This document shows, in pieces, positions 19,772 through 30,143 of a DNA stretch of 64,000 nucleotides. Below the pieces are notes generated by a model. That model was not told the DNA's origin. It worked only from the letters and a program-made list of their open reading frames with translations, and ran no database searches. Numbering within the stretch: position 1 is the stretch's first letter; the number at the start of each line of letters is the position of its first letter. The position numbers and the translations under genes were made by a program. Source of the DNA: Candidatus Adlerbacteria bacterium (lineage in GTDB: Bacteria > Patescibacteriota > Minisyncoccia > Phycocordibacterales > SBAW01); contig CAVVLG010000002.1 of NCBI GenBank assembly GCA_963749085.1, positions 19,178 to 83,177 of the forward strand. The letters are read 5' to 3'.

Positions 19772-19780
19772 GGTAGAGCG

Positions 19781-20767
19781 ATGCGGGGATTTTGGGGCAC
19801 ACTACCGAAGCCTTTCTTCTGTTTAGCTCCGCTTGCGAATGTCACCGACGCGGCGTTTCGACGTGTGGTAGCGACCTATTCCAAGCCTACAGGTCCGCAG
19901 GTCATGTATACCGAATTCGTTTCTGCGGACGGACTCTTCCTTGCTGACAAAGAGGGAAGGGAGAAACTCATGCGGGATCTGATGTTCAGCGAGGCTGAGC
20001 GCCCAATAGTGGCCCAGTTTTTTACCTCTCATCCGGAGATTATGGAGAAAGCCGCAGCCTTGGCTCAGAAGCTGGGCTTTGATGGTGTTGATATCAATAT
20101 GGGTTGTCCCGACCGCAGCATCGAGAAACAAGGTGCAGGAGCAAAATTAATACTCAATCCCAAGTGCGCACAGGAACTTATTGCTGCAGCCAAACGGGGG
20201 GCGCCTCATCTGCCCGTCTCGGTTAAGACAAGGCTGGGGTATAACAAGGATAGGTTGGAAGAGTGGTTGCCGATGTTGCTTGAAGCAGAACTTGCGGCCG
20301 TTGCGTTGCATGCCCGCACGCGCAAGGAGATGTCAAAAGTGCCCGCGCATTGGGATAGGATCAAGCGAGCCGTTGAAATACGGGACGAGATGAAAAGTAG
20401 CACGCTCATCATCGGCAACGGGGATCTGAAGGATATGGATGATGCACGAGAGAAAATAAAGAAAACAGGGGCCGATGGCGCTATGCTCGGCCGAGCGATT
20501 TTCGGCCATCCCTGGTTGTTTTCCGATTCGCATGCATATGACGACAACGTTCAGAAAACATTAGACATTGCAGTTGAGCACACTAAACTGTTTGAGAATT
20601 TGCTAGGTGACATCAAGAGTTTCGCCATCATGAAAAAACACCTCAAGGCGTATGCTGAAGGTTTCCCTGGAGCCAAAGAGTTGCGTATGAAACTTATGGA
20701 AGCGAACCATGGTATCGAGGTTGAGAGAATCATAAAAAGTTTTACGGTGTTATCGGAGCGTTCATAG
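19781..20767 (+). CDS. tRNA-dihydrouridine synthase (Dus family)
   Basis: LAPLANVTDAAFRRV...VDINMGCP...HARTR... is the Dus TIM-barrel signature. Confidence 0.8.
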   Translation: MRGFWGTLPKPFFCLAPLANVTDAAFRRVVATYSKPTGPQVMYTEFVSADGLFLADKEGREKLMRDLMFSEAERPIVAQFFTSHPEIMEKAAALAQKLGFDGVDINMGCPDRSIEKQGAGAKLILNPKCAQELIAAAKRGAPHLPVSVKTRLGYNKDRLEEWLPMLLEAELAAVALHARTRKEMSKVPAHWDRIKRAVEIRDEMKSSTLIIGNGDLKDMDDAREKIKKTGADGAMLGRAIFGHPWLFSDSHAYDDNVQKTLDIAVEHTKLFENLLGDIKSFAIMKKHLKAYAEGFPGAKELRMKLMEANHGIEVERIIKSFTVLSERS

Positions 20768-20874
20768 GTTTGCTCAACCCTTCGGGGGACCTCATGGATG
20801 ACACCGTAGATGTATCTGTGCTTCGTCCGCCGCATGAATACGCGGCGGGCTTTCTTTTAGGTATACTTACACCC

Positions 20875-21921
20875 ATGAAAGGCAAAGAAAAGTCGGAAAG
20901 CTGGTCCTTGTACCGCAAATACCGACCCCAGAGCTTTGATGACATAGAGGGCGATCAGCAAATCGTCCATGTTCTCAAAGCAGCCATTAAACAAGATAAA
21001 ATAGCCCATGCCTATCTCTTTGCTGGCGGTCGCGGCACCGGCAAGACGTCGATAGCGCGCATTCTCGCGCACACATTGGGCACTAGTGATAACGATATTT
21101 ATGAAATGGACGCCGCGAGCAACCGCGGCATCGACGAAGTGCGCGAGCTGCGCGAGGGAGTAGCGACATTCCCGTTCGAATCAACCTACAAGTTTTATAT
21201 TATCGATGAAGCGCACGCTCTTACGAAAGACGCATGGGGTGCGTTACTCAAAACCCTAGAGGAACCTCCCGAGCATGTTGTGTTTGTGCTTGCAACGACT
21301 GAGCTTGAGCGGGTGCCCGAGACCATTCAATCGCGCTGTCAAGTCTTTCAATTCAAAAAGCCAACCCATGAGACTCTCAAATCTCTGGTACTGAGTGTCA
21401 CAAAAAAAGAAGGTGCGTCTTTGACGACCGCCGGTGCCGAACTCATCGCCACCGCAGGAGAGGGTTCCTTTCGGGACACGCTCGGCATTCTTCAAAAAGT
21501 CCTTACACTGTCGGCTGATACTAAGCTTACCGAAGAGGAGGTGGCAAAGGTTGTCGGCGCGCCCTCGTCAAAAACAGTCAATGAATTGCTGCAAGCCCTT
21601 GCTAAGCGGGATGTGGGGAAGGCCATAGCGTCTTTTCACGCAGGTGTGGGGAGCGGAGCAGAACCAAGTATGTTCACGCTCCTCGTTATCGCGAAAATCC
21701 GCGCGATTTTGCTTTTGCGTTTTGCCCCAAAAATAGAATCGGAGCTTGCGAACCAATTCGGCGAAGATGATCTCAAAATTCTTAAAACGCTAGCGGGAAA
21801 AGAAGGCATGGCGATAAACTCTCAGTTACTTGCCGAACTTATTACCGCGCTATTGGAAATGAACCGTGCACCTATTCCACAGATTCCGTTTGAGCTCGCC
21901 CTGTATAGAGTTTTTGAATAA
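20875..21921 (+). CDS. dnaX: DNA polymerase III subunit gamma/tau (short form)
   Basis: YRKYRPQSFDDIEGDQQIVHVLKAAIKQDKIAHAYLFAGGRGTGKTSIARILA...YKFYIIDEAHALT. The start was set to the MKGKEKS ATG just upstream of the conserved YRKYRPQ. Confidence 0.85.
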   Translation: MKGKEKSESWSLYRKYRPQSFDDIEGDQQIVHVLKAAIKQDKIAHAYLFAGGRGTGKTSIARILAHTLGTSDNDIYEMDAASNRGIDEVRELREGVATFPFESTYKFYIIDEAHALTKDAWGALLKTLEEPPEHVVFVLATTELERVPETIQSRCQVFQFKKPTHETLKSLVLSVTKKEGASLTTAGAELIATAGEGSFRDTLGILQKVLTLSADTKLTEEEVAKVVGAPSSKTVNELLQALAKRDVGKAIASFHAGVGSGAEPSMFTLLVIAKIRAILLLRFAPKIESELANQFGEDDLKILKTLAGKEGMAINSQLLAELITALLEMNRAPIPQIPFELALYRVFE

Positions 21922-21945
21922 AATACGCTACTCTGTAGCGTGTAT

Positions 21946-22019
21946 TGCCCGATCGTCTAACGGTAGGACAGCGGCCTTTGGAGCCGTTAATTGGGGTTCG
22001 AATCCCTGTCGGGCAGCCA
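21946..22019 (+). tRNA. tRNA-Gln (anticodon TTG), CCA encoded
   Basis: TGCCCGA...GCGGC-CTTTGGA-GCCGT...GGGGTTCGAATCCCTG-TCGGGCA-G-CCA. Confidence 0.8.
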
Positions 22020-22105
22020 GTTTGAGCTAGCACGAGACGCTTATGGGTCTTGAGCGCTCGAGAGGGATGCTTAGCAGATACAGGTCAAAGCGATACAATA
22101 TACAC

Positions 22106-22618
22106 ATGGAAGAAAAGACATTAAACGCACTTCGCTGGATTGTAGGAATCCTTAACAAACACCAGGTTCCTTACAGAATTGGTGGTGGATTTGCTGCGCA
22201 CATCTACGGATCAAATCGGCCGATCAACGACATAGACATTTCTCTACCCGGCAAGTATTTCTCGGCTATTGTGCCGCTAGGGGGAATCTTCCTTATTTCA
22301 CTTTTGGCGTTATTCCCATCGGGTGTACTGCCGGTGGCTTGCGTAAGCATTCTTTTTTCTATTGTCGGCAGCTGGGCTCTGTTAAATCATGACCATCGCT
22401 ATCCTTCTCATGTGCATCAGCCGAGTGATTATTGGTATATCTTTTTGACTGTTACCGTCTATGTGCTGCTCGCTGGTACGAGTATTTGGATATTACTAAC
22501 CGATGCAACACCCTACTCACTAGATGTGTTCTGCGGATTGATCGTCATACTGTTCGGGCTATCGCTCATCCGCGCATGGAGGGCACTTCTGATTACCAAA
22601 CATCATCCGTCCACGTAG
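22106..22618 (+). CDS. Hypothetical protein: nucleotidyltransferase-like N-terminus (GGFAAHIYG...DIDI) fused to a polytopic membrane region
   Basis: The ORF has a GG...DxD-like motif followed by 4-5 hydrophobic helices. The fusion could be real or reflect a frameshift. Confidence 0.35.
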   Translation: MEEKTLNALRWIVGILNKHQVPYRIGGGFAAHIYGSNRPINDIDISLPGKYFSAIVPLGGIFLISLLALFPSGVLPVACVSILFSIVGSWALLNHDHRYPSHVHQPSDYWYIFLTVTVYVLLAGTSIWILLTDATPYSLDVFCGLIVILFGLSLIRAWRALLITKHHPST

Positions 22619-22647
22619 ACTTTTCTACGTTTGATATACTACAAGTT

Positions 22648-23265
22648 ATGGAAGAATTAAAAGTGTTGGTACTCAATGGATCGCTCAAGCATGCGCCTGA
22701 TATTTCGAATACCGAAGAGGTGGCCACGTTGGTGCTCAATGAGATGAAAGTGCTTACACCTATCTCGACAGAAATTATCCGACTCTCCGACAAGCACATA
22801 CCAGTCGGCCTCGGTCTCAAAGAGAGCGACGATGACGATTGGCCCGCTATTGTGCAAAAAATCATCGCTTCCGACATCGTTATTTTTGCAACGCCGATCT
22901 GGTGGGGGGCGCAAAGCAGTTTGACCCAACGGGTTATCGAGCGTATGGACGCATTTTATGAGGAATTTATTCACGGAGGCTCTTCAGTTCTCCTTAATAA
23001 GGTTGCTGGTATTGTCATCACCGGAAGCGAGGACGGCGCGCAGGCAGTCATGTCGCGGCTCATGTCGACCCTCTCATTTCTTAACTTTACGCTACCGCCG
23101 CAGTGCTGCACCTATTGGGTCGGGGAAGTCGGCATGGATTCCGCAACCGACAGAGAGAGACGACTTAAAAATACGGCGGTTCTCGCCATGGCAAAAGAAA
23201 CCGCCAGAGGTCTAACGTATTTCTCCCTACTTCTTAAAGAGAATCCAATGAAGCCAATAAAATAA
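22648..23265 (+). CDS. NADPH-dependent FMN reductase / flavodoxin-like fold oxidoreductase
   Basis: MEELKVLVLNGSLKH...IVIFATPIWWGAQSSLTQRVIERMD...IVITGSEDG is a flavodoxin-like_fold pattern. Confidence 0.65.
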   Translation: MEELKVLVLNGSLKHAPDISNTEEVATLVLNEMKVLTPISTEIIRLSDKHIPVGLGLKESDDDDWPAIVQKIIASDIVIFATPIWWGAQSSLTQRVIERMDAFYEEFIHGGSSVLLNKVAGIVITGSEDGAQAVMSRLMSTLSFLNFTLPPQCCTYWVGEVGMDSATDRERRLKNTAVLAMAKETARGLTYFSLLLKENPMKPIK

Positions 23266-23266
23266 T

Positions 23267-23830
23267 ATGCCACTCTACAATTCTCTTATCAGTATTTGCT
23301 GGCTCGTCTTTATAGCGGTCTGGATCATATCAGCATTCAGTGCTAAAAGGACCGTGGGGCGCACTTGGCGTTTTATGGGTTTTAGGATTGTGCTTATTGT
23401 GGTCCTACTGGTACTTTTTAATTTGGAGTTTTTTCGAGGCTTAGGAGCATACCAGAGTCTTGCCTCCGTGTATCCGTGGGCGGGGCCTGTAGGCGTGGTG
23501 TTGTGCGGCCTGGGCGTCATATTGGCTGTCTGGGCTCGAGTGTATTTGGGGAGAAACTGGGGAATGCCGATGTCACTTAAAGAGCATCCGGAACTGGTAA
23601 CCACCGGTCCCTATTCCTATATCCGTCATCCTATTTACACTGGAGTTCTTCTTGCCATGCTCGGCTCGACGTTTGCCAACGAGACCTGGTGGGTCGTGAT
23701 ACTGGTTGTCTCCGGTATTTATTTTGTCTACAGTGCTACGGAGGAAGAAAAAATAATGACAAAGGAATTTCCCAACGACTACCCGTCGTATAAAGCAAGA
23801 ACGAAGATGCTTATACCGTTTGTGTTCTGA
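23267..23830 (+). CDS. Isoprenylcysteine carboxyl methyltransferase (ICMT/PEMT) family membrane methyltransferase
   Basis: Polytopic protein with the family signature LVTTGPYSYIRHPIYTGVLLAMLG. Confidence 0.7.
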   Translation: MPLYNSLISICWLVFIAVWIISAFSAKRTVGRTWRFMGFRIVLIVVLLVLFNLEFFRGLGAYQSLASVYPWAGPVGVVLCGLGVILAVWARVYLGRNWGMPMSLKEHPELVTTGPYSYIRHPIYTGVLLAMLGSTFANETWWVVILVVSGIYFVYSATEEEKIMTKEFPNDYPSYKARTKMLIPFVF

Positions 23831-23832
23831 AA

Positions 23833-24591
23833 CTATACGAAAAACTTCGCGCGTATTTTTTGAACCAAATCGTGAAAACGCAGACCCTCTTCGCGTCGCG
23901 GGTAGGGGAGTGCAACGAGGAATGTTTCTTCAATATGGCCGTCTTTCATGAGTATCACGCGGTCGGCGAGAGAGACCGCTTCTTCGATGAGGTGTGAAAC
24001 CATGACCACGGTTATCTTAGTCTCCCGCCATATTTTCAAGAGATCCTTATGCAATCCGTCGGTTGTCTTCGGGTCCAGCGCTGAGAACGGCTCATCGAGC
24101 AACAATACCTCTGGCTCAACGGCCAACGCTCTGGCAAGTCCCACGCGCTGATGCTGGCCTCCGGATAACTCCCGGGGATATTTCGAGGCAAAGTTAGAAA
24201 GCCCAACCATCTCCAGGTACTTCTGTACGGCGTTCTCAATATCCTTCTCCAGCCTTTGTTGTGCTCGCAGACCGAACTCGACATTTTCCTCCACCGTCAA
24301 CCACGGCAGCAGCGCGCCGCTTTGAAAGACCATGCTGAGCTTTTGCGGCACGTGAACCTCTCCCTTGTCGGCTTTTTCAAGTCCCGCAATTATCTTCAGC
24401 AGCGTCGATTTGCCGCAACCGGAGGGTCCCACGATGCACAGAAACTCGCTGCCGGCGACATTGAGAGATACGTCATGAAGCGCGGGTTTTTCGGTCCCCG
24501 GATAAGTTTTGCTAACACTTATGAGCGCTATGGCGCCCGCGTTATTCGAATTTGAATCGTTCTGCATAGGTGAGCAATTTCTGCCACACAA
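23833..24591 (-). CDS. ABC transporter ATP-binding protein (NitT/TauT nitrate/sulfonate/bicarbonate family)
   Basis: Walker A GPSGCGKST. Signature LSGGQHQRVGLARAL. Walker B LLLDEPFSALD. Confidence 0.85.
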   Translation of the reverse strand: MCGRNCSPMQNDSNSNNAGAIALISVSKTYPGTEKPALHDVSLNVAGSEFLCIVGPSGCGKSTLLKIIAGLEKADKGEVHVPQKLSMVFQSGALLPWLTVEENVEFGLRAQQRLEKDIENAVQKYLEMVGLSNFASKYPRELSGGQHQRVGLARALAVEPEVLLLDEPFSALDPKTTDGLHKDLLKIWRETKITVVMVSHLIEEAVSLADRVILMKDGHIEETFLVALPYPRREEGLRFHDLVQKIRAKFFV

Positions 24592-25357
24592 AGAAGTTTA
24601 TAAAGGCAATCGCGAGCACCAAAACGATAATAGCTGCGAGGAAAGTCTGTTCCTGTCCGGCTGCCGAAGCGTGTACCAGGACGCTCCCGATGCCGAAGAG
24701 GTCGGAGTTCCCGGTAGCGCCCGGCAGATACGTATGAAGTACCTCCGCGACAATGATGATGTTCCACCCTTGGGCCCACGCAAGAAGTGAGCCGGTCACT
24801 AAATAAGGCACTACTGCGGGCAGAAGGATTTTCCGCAAATAGGAAAAACCTCTTACCCCGAATATGGTGCCGGCAGATTTAATGTCCTGTGGTATGACCC
24901 GTAGGCCCCCGACGAGGGAGAAGACGATATTCCAAAGCATGGAGACGAACAGAATGAATATCGCCGCTCCGCTCCACAGTCCGTAGTGAATGAAGAAGAC
25001 GATGACAAGGGGAAAGAATGCCAGAACCGGCACCGACTGCATGATGTCAAAGATAGGCAGGAAAATCCGCTCGGCTGCGGTACTCCACGTCACCAAAAGT
25101 GCCAGGGGAATAGAGAAGACCAAAGCAAAGGCATAGGCTATGAGAAGACGCAGGAACGTAGCCCCGAGCGCCAGAAGTAGATAGGTGATGGTGATATGCT
25201 CAGGGGTGATGGCTGTATTCGTAAAAAAACGCACCAAGACAATGGCGACAACCAAGACGAGAAGCGGTGCCAGGATGAGCGTATAGAGACTTTGATGGAG
25301 CGACTTCGGATAGCTCACCATGTGCCGATGATGCGTTCCGATGTGCTTTGAGATCAT
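24542..25357 (-). CDS. ABC transporter permease (NitT/TauT family, BPD_transp_1)
   Basis: Six hydrophobic segments and the EAA-like loop of the binding-protein-dependent permease fold. Overlaps the downstream ATPase gene. Confidence 0.8.
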   Translation of the reverse strand: MISKHIGTHHRHMVSYPKSLHQSLYTLILAPLLVLVVAIVLVRFFTNTAITPEHITITYLLLALGATFLRLLIAYAFALVFSIPLALLVTWSTAAERIFLPIFDIMQSVPVLAFFPLVIVFFIHYGLWSGAAIFILFVSMLWNIVFSLVGGLRVIPQDIKSAGTIFGVRGFSYLRKILLPAVVPYLVTGSLLAWAQGWNIIIVAEVLHTYLPGATGNSDLFGIGSVLVHASAAGQEQTFLAAIIVLVLAIAFINFFVWQKLLTYAERFKFE

Positions 25358-25385
25358 AAGAAAAGTTTAGCACGCCGTTTCCGGC

Positions 25386-25868
25386 TTGTTTCTACTCTTT
25401 CTTTTTGGTATGTATGGAAGCGGAACCTATAGGGAGGCTCTTATGGGCAATACATGGATGGAAGCTGCGCGTCGCTATGCAAGACTAAGAAAGGACGTTG
25501 ATATTACTGAGGATAAAATTCCCGCCATCATTGCGGTTGCACGAGAACTCATGCGTTTTCACAGGAGCATCGAGGCACTCGACGCGATGTTGTTGCTGGA
25601 ACTAGCCGGCGGTGTTATCTCCTTCGGGAAGGGGAAGGGCAAGATGGCTGAAGAGGCTCTATTTTGTTGGAGTTCTCGAGGTCCATCCAAGGTACTGCTT
25701 GGCGGTCTCGGAGCCTTGGTTGGTCAGGGTGAACCACTCCCAGCATCCTTTATCGATTGTGCGAAAGCCATTGTGCGCGGGGGTATAAGTGCCGAGGACT
25801 TCCCACATTGGTTCAAAGCAAAGCTCGATGAAGTTGCCGCCAAAGCCCCCACATCCCTCGAAGTTTGA
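25386..25868 (+). CDS. Hypothetical protein
   Basis: ORF followed by the intrinsic terminator AGCCCGGATTACTTCGGGCT-TTTTCTT at 25873-25900. Confidence 0.4.
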   Translation: MFLLFLFGMYGSGTYREALMGNTWMEAARRYARLRKDVDITEDKIPAIIAVARELMRFHRSIEALDAMLLLELAGGVISFGKGKGKMAEEALFCWSSRGPSKVLLGGLGALVGQGEPLPASFIDCAKAIVRGGISAEDFPHWFKAKLDEVAAKAPTSLEV

Positions 25869-25917
25869 AGGCAAGCCCGGATTACTTCGGGCTTTTTCTT
25901 ATGGTAAAATTGAAAAA

Positions 25918-27588
25918 ATGTCGCTTGCAGAGGAGTTAAAAAAAGTGATGCGGGGAGAAGTCGAGGATTTCCCCGAAGTGCTTGAGGCTAATGCTCGCGA
26001 CGCCAGCCTTTTTTATGTAAAGCCTCAAGTCGTGGCGCGTCCTATGGATGCGGACGATGTATGTGCGGCGGTGAAGTTGGTGAACGAAAAAAAGAAAACA
26101 CCCGACTCGACTATATCACTCACCGCCCGCTCGGCGGGTACTGACATGTCGGGAGGTCCGCTGAATAATTCGATTATTTTGGACATGACGAAACATCTCA
26201 ACCGTCTTATTGAATTGGGGAGTGACTTTGCGGTGGTTGAACCGGGTATGTATTTCCGCGATTTTGACAAGGAAACGAAAAAGAAAAATCTGGAATTGCC
26301 GAGCTATACCGCAAGTCGCGAGATTAATACGGTGGGCGGTATGGTAGCTAACAACTCTGGGGGAGAGAAGAACCTCAAATACGGCAAGACTGCCCGCTAT
26401 GTGGAGGAGCTTGACATGGTGCTCTCCGACGGAGGGAAGTACACGTTTAAGAACCTTGGGGGCGTTGATCTACGCCACAAGCTCTCCGACGACTCCTTCG
26501 AAGGCTCCTTATACCGCCGCGTATCGGCACTGGTGAGCGCACCAGAGCACGTCAAGGTCATAGAAGAGCACAAGCCGAAAGTGGAGAAAAATTCCTCTGG
26601 CTACGCGCTATGGGACATTGGCGACGGGAAAGAGTCGCTCAATCTCGCACGGCTCATGGTGGGGGCGCAGGGGACACTCGGCATCATCACAAAAATAAAG
26701 TATAAGCTCGTGCACCCTAAGCCCTATTCGGCTATGACTATTCTTTTTCTCGATTCGCTCGATGAGCTCGGGGTAATAGTGCCGGAGGTATTGGCACACA
26801 GACCCGACTCCTTTGAATCCTACGACGACCACACGTTTTCCATAGCGATGAAGTATCTGCCCGAACTCGCCACCCAAATGAAATCTGGATTGATCTCCCT
26901 CGGCATATCCTTTTTGCCTGAGCTGTGGATGGTGATTACAGGTGGCGTGCCAAAACTCGTCCTTATCGTGGAGTTTCGCGCGGATACGCAGGAGGAAGCG
27001 CTCGCGAAAGCCGAGACCCTCGCGGAGGAAGCCAAGCACAACCGCCAGCATATAGGTGTACGTGTCGCTAAAAATGAAGCCGCCGGGATGAAATACTGGG
27101 CCGTGCGACGGGAGAGTTTTAATCTGCTGCGCAAAAAGATCCGCGGCAAACGCACCGCTCCTTTCATAGACGATTTTGTGGTACCCCCGCTGAAGCTACC
27201 GGAATTTCTGCCCAAATTAAATGCTATTCTCGCGCAGTATAAGCTCACCTATACGGTGGCGGGACACGTCGGTGATGGCAATTTTCACATTATTCCGCTG
27301 GTTGACCCCAACGATCCGACACTAGGGAAGACCATTGATGAGCTCTCCCACAAGGTATATGACCTGGTGGTATCGTATCAGGGGTCTATAACGGGGGAGC
27401 ACAACGATGGCCTTATTCGCACGCCTTACGTGGAGAAGATGTTCGGTTCCGAGATGTATGCGCTCTTCCACGAGGTTAAGATGATTTTTGATCCGCTCAA
27501 TATCTTCAATCCGGGTAAAAAAGTTGGCGGCACGTTTTCTGATGCACTCGAGAAACTTGATCTGCCCAAAAATAATTCACTTTCCTAG
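25918..27588 (+). CDS. FAD-binding oxidoreductase (PCMH-type FAD-linked oxidase, GlcD-like)
   Basis: ...ISLTARSAGTDMSGGPL...INTVGGMVANNSGGEK... is the FAD_binding_4 signature. A C-terminal FAD-oxidase_C-like region follows. Confidence 0.75.
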   Translation: MSLAEELKKVMRGEVEDFPEVLEANARDASLFYVKPQVVARPMDADDVCAAVKLVNEKKKTPDSTISLTARSAGTDMSGGPLNNSIILDMTKHLNRLIELGSDFAVVEPGMYFRDFDKETKKKNLELPSYTASREINTVGGMVANNSGGEKNLKYGKTARYVEELDMVLSDGGKYTFKNLGGVDLRHKLSDDSFEGSLYRRVSALVSAPEHVKVIEEHKPKVEKNSSGYALWDIGDGKESLNLARLMVGAQGTLGIITKIKYKLVHPKPYSAMTILFLDSLDELGVIVPEVLAHRPDSFESYDDHTFSIAMKYLPELATQMKSGLISLGISFLPELWMVITGGVPKLVLIVEFRADTQEEALAKAETLAEEAKHNRQHIGVRVAKNEAAGMKYWAVRRESFNLLRKKIRGKRTAPFIDDFVVPPLKLPEFLPKLNAILAQYKLTYTVAGHVGDGNFHIIPLVDPNDPTLGKTIDELSHKVYDLVVSYQGSITGEHNDGLIRTPYVEKMFGSEMYALFHEVKMIFDPLNIFNPGKKVGGTFSDALEKLDLPKNNSLS

Positions 27589-28089
27589 CACACGCTTCAT
27601 GGCGGAGGGCATGGCGCTTATATCCCCCCATGCCCAATCATCTTTTGGGATGCCACGGTGATAGACATAGCCATTCTCAACAAGTGCAAAATTAAGATGA
27701 TTCAGAGGTAAAATAAGCATGCTAGCCACTCCAAATTCACCGCCTTCAGGGGCATAGATCGCTACGCCGAACACGCGGGTACGTTGGAATAGTTCGGTTT
27801 CTATTTCATCAAGACTTTCAAGCAAGGCTTTAAGTATGGAGGGCACATTGAACCAATATGTTGGTGTGGCAATGAAAAGGGCATCACACGCAAGAATTTC
27901 TTTTTGGTACTCACTTAAAATATCAGGTCTAAGAGAAGGATATACGCCTCTTGAAAAGGGCGGAGGAGTATCATGAAGTTGTAATTCCGCCACTTCCCCA
28001 ACAGATTCAGCCGCCTTTTTGAAGGCGTCTACAAACCTGGCAGTATTACCGTTTTTATGTGGGGAAGCATTTATGATAAGAAATTGCAT
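27577..28089 (-). CDS. Flavodoxin-like NAD(P)H-dependent oxidoreductase
   Basis: MQFLIINASPHKNGNTARFVD...ALFIATPTYWFNVPSILKALLE. Confidence 0.7.
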   Translation of the reverse strand: MQFLIINASPHKNGNTARFVDAFKKAAESVGEVAELQLHDTPPPFSRGVYPSLRPDILSEYQKEILACDALFIATPTYWFNVPSILKALLESLDEIETELFQRTRVFGVAIYAPEGGEFGVASMLILPLNHLNFALVENGYVYHRGIPKDDWAWGDISAMPSAMKRVLGK

Positions 28090-28153
28090 ATCGCCACTTT
28101 ACCATACGTCGGTTCTCTCAGTAAAAAAATAGATAGTTTGCTATAATACTCCC

Positions 28154-28798
28154 ATGAAAATCACAAAGCTTGGTCATTGCGCATTGGTACTAGAAGTGGG
28201 AGGAGTGAAAGTACTCACCGACCCGGGGAGTTTTACCACTGAAGCCCAGAATACGGTTACGGGTGTTGACGTAGTCTTGATTACACATGAGCATCAAGAC
28301 CACTTTCATATAGACTCGCTCAAGGTTATTATCACCAACAATCCGCAGGCGATTGTAGTAACCAACAAAGCAGTTGCCGCCCTTATAGGCAAAGAAGATA
28401 TGCGCGTAACGGTCGAGATCGTGGGTGACGGGGAATCCGTCACGGCAAACGGTGTCACCATCGAAGGCTTTGGCAAAGACCACGCCCCTATTTACGGCAC
28501 TATGGGTTTGGTTGAGAACACCGGATATCTTGTCGCGGGCAAGTTCTATTTTCCCGGTGATAACTTCCATGTGCCTGGCAGAGATGTCGACGTGCTGGCG
28601 CTTCCCGTAGCGGGCCCGTGGATGAAGATCTCGGAGTGCATCGACTTTGCAAAAGAAATTAGGGCTCGTGTAGCCTTTGGGGTGCACGATGGAATGATAG
28701 TACCGAGCTTTCGCGGGTTTGTCGGTATGATGTTGAAAAACTTCATTCCTGGGACAGAGTATGTAGCGCTTGCCGATGGAGAATCGAGAGAATTTTAG
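28154..28798 (+). CDS. MBL-fold metallo-hydrolase
   Basis: ...VLITHEHQDHFH... is the HxHxDH motif. Confidence 0.75.
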   Translation: MKITKLGHCALVLEVGGVKVLTDPGSFTTEAQNTVTGVDVVLITHEHQDHFHIDSLKVIITNNPQAIVVTNKAVAALIGKEDMRVTVEIVGDGESVTANGVTIEGFGKDHAPIYGTMGLVENTGYLVAGKFYFPGDNFHVPGRDVDVLALPVAGPWMKISECIDFAKEIRARVAFGVHDGMIVPSFRGFVGMMLKNFIPGTEYVALADGESREF

Positions 28799-29235
28799 AG
28801 AAATGGCCAGCGGAAAAGCAGAATGGCAACGGCGACGGTACCGAACCAGCAGAAGGTTGAAATTCCCCCACTAATAAAAAGAGGGAGGCGCTCGCGGAAG
28901 GTAAGCGAGCTGTACGAGCGTTCAACCGCAACGTGCATTAACCACTCGACAAAGAATGAGTTAATAAGCAGAGTCGCGACAGAGAACATTTTCAGCCAAA
29001 AGAGCGGCTGGAAAAGTAAGTAGTCGCGCAGGGGCCAAAACAAATATAGGCCACTTAGAATAAGACCTGAGAGACCCACCGTAACTATCCAATGCAGTCT
29101 AAATACCTTTTTCCGGTGCGTGGCATCTATCCCGCCTTGCATCCACTGCAGTGCCGAATGGTCGGCAAGCAAGATTCCAATACCGGCCAGCGCAAGGAAC
29201 CCTAAATGAATTAAAACAAATATATTAGTAGTCAT
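28795..29235 (-). CDS. Hypothetical polytopic membrane protein
   Basis: Four predicted TM helices. It is in an operon with the cytochrome-b5-like gene. Confidence 0.45.
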   Translation of the reverse strand: MTTNIFVLIHLGFLALAGIGILLADHSALQWMQGGIDATHRKKVFRLHWIVTVGLSGLILSGLYLFWPLRDYLLFQPLFWLKMFSVATLLINSFFVEWLMHVAVERSYSSLTFRERLPLFISGGISTFCWFGTVAVAILLFRWPFL

Positions 29236-29618
29236 TGAGCAAGTGCGCCGATGTAGAAGGTGGCGAGCTCCTGCGCGGGCTGGTTCTGCCCGCCATGTTG
29301 GGCGTTAAATGCCGCGGAGCCGTCTGTGCCGCACAAGGGTAAGATATGCTCGGGACCCCCCGGATGTTGGCCAATCCAATTGGTCACGTCATAGACATTG
29401 CCGTTAATAGCCGTCCAGCAGCTCTGGGCACTGTTGTGCTGTGCCACCTGCACCATCGTATAGCTTTGCACGGTGGAACTTGCAGTCGTTGAAGATGCGG
29501 TAGAAGAAGTAGTCTGAGTGATGCTCTGCGGAGCGGGTGCAGGCAGCGTGAAATACGCGATGGCGAGCACGATGATAAGGACCGCACCCAAGGTGCTTAA
29601 GACAATTTTAGTCTTCAT
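29232..29618 (-). CDS. Cytochrome b5-like heme/steroid-binding domain protein (membrane-anchored, extracytoplasmic)
   Basis: YTMVQVAQHNSAQSCWTAINGNVYDVTNWIGQHPGG...CGTDGSAAFNAQHG is the Cyt-b5 fold signature. Confidence 0.7.
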   Translation of the reverse strand: MKTKIVLSTLGAVLIIVLAIAYFTLPAPAPQSITQTTSSTASSTTASSTVQSYTMVQVAQHNSAQSCWTAINGNVYDVTNWIGQHPGGPEHILPLCGTDGSAAFNAQHGGQNQPAQELATFYIGALAQ

Positions 29619-29621
29619 GTA

Positions 29622-30089
29622 TTACTGGGTAGAACCAGTATAGCTTCCTGCGCCCGCAGCACCGCCGGTGAATCCTCCACTAGAACCGGGGTAGGGTATG
29701 CCCGCGGGGCGAATTTGAATCGACGTTGCACTCACTGAACCATCGCTATTGGTAGTTCCTATTACCGTAACGTTGGTGCCAACGGTGAGATCACTTGCGC
29801 TGCCGCTTACCGTTTTGAGTATTTGTGTGGTCGGACTCAGGAGTACTATCTCGCTGCTGGAGCTGTTCGTCATCTGGATACTAATGTTGCCGCTGCCAGT
29901 TGAAACTATCTGTCCTATTGTAGCGCCACCGCCTGCGGCACTTCCCCTCGTAAATCCTGTGCGTCCGGCAAACGCTGCAGTTGTGCTGCGTTCCGGTGTC
30001 TGCGAGTTCGCGTACGCCATGCCGCCCCAAAATGCCACGCCCGCTACAATAACCAAAATAACCACAGCCCAAACAGCCTTTTTATTCAT
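29622..30089 (-). CDS. Secreted Gly/Ser/Thr-rich protein, unknown function
   Basis: Signal-anchor MNKKAVWAVVILVIVAGVAFWGGMA, then a low-complexity region and a beta-rich domain. Confidence 0.45.
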   Translation of the reverse strand: MNKKAVWAVVILVIVAGVAFWGGMAYANSQTPERSTTAAFAGRTGFTRGSAAGGGATIGQIVSTGSGNISIQMTNSSSSEIVLLSPTTQILKTVSGSASDLTVGTNVTVIGTTNSDGSVSATSIQIRPAGIPYPGSSGGFTGGAAGAGSYTGSTQ

Positions 30090-30143
30090 ATGTACTTAAT
30101 ACGTTTTGTATGCTCTTAATGGTGCACAGTTTATGTGGCCCTA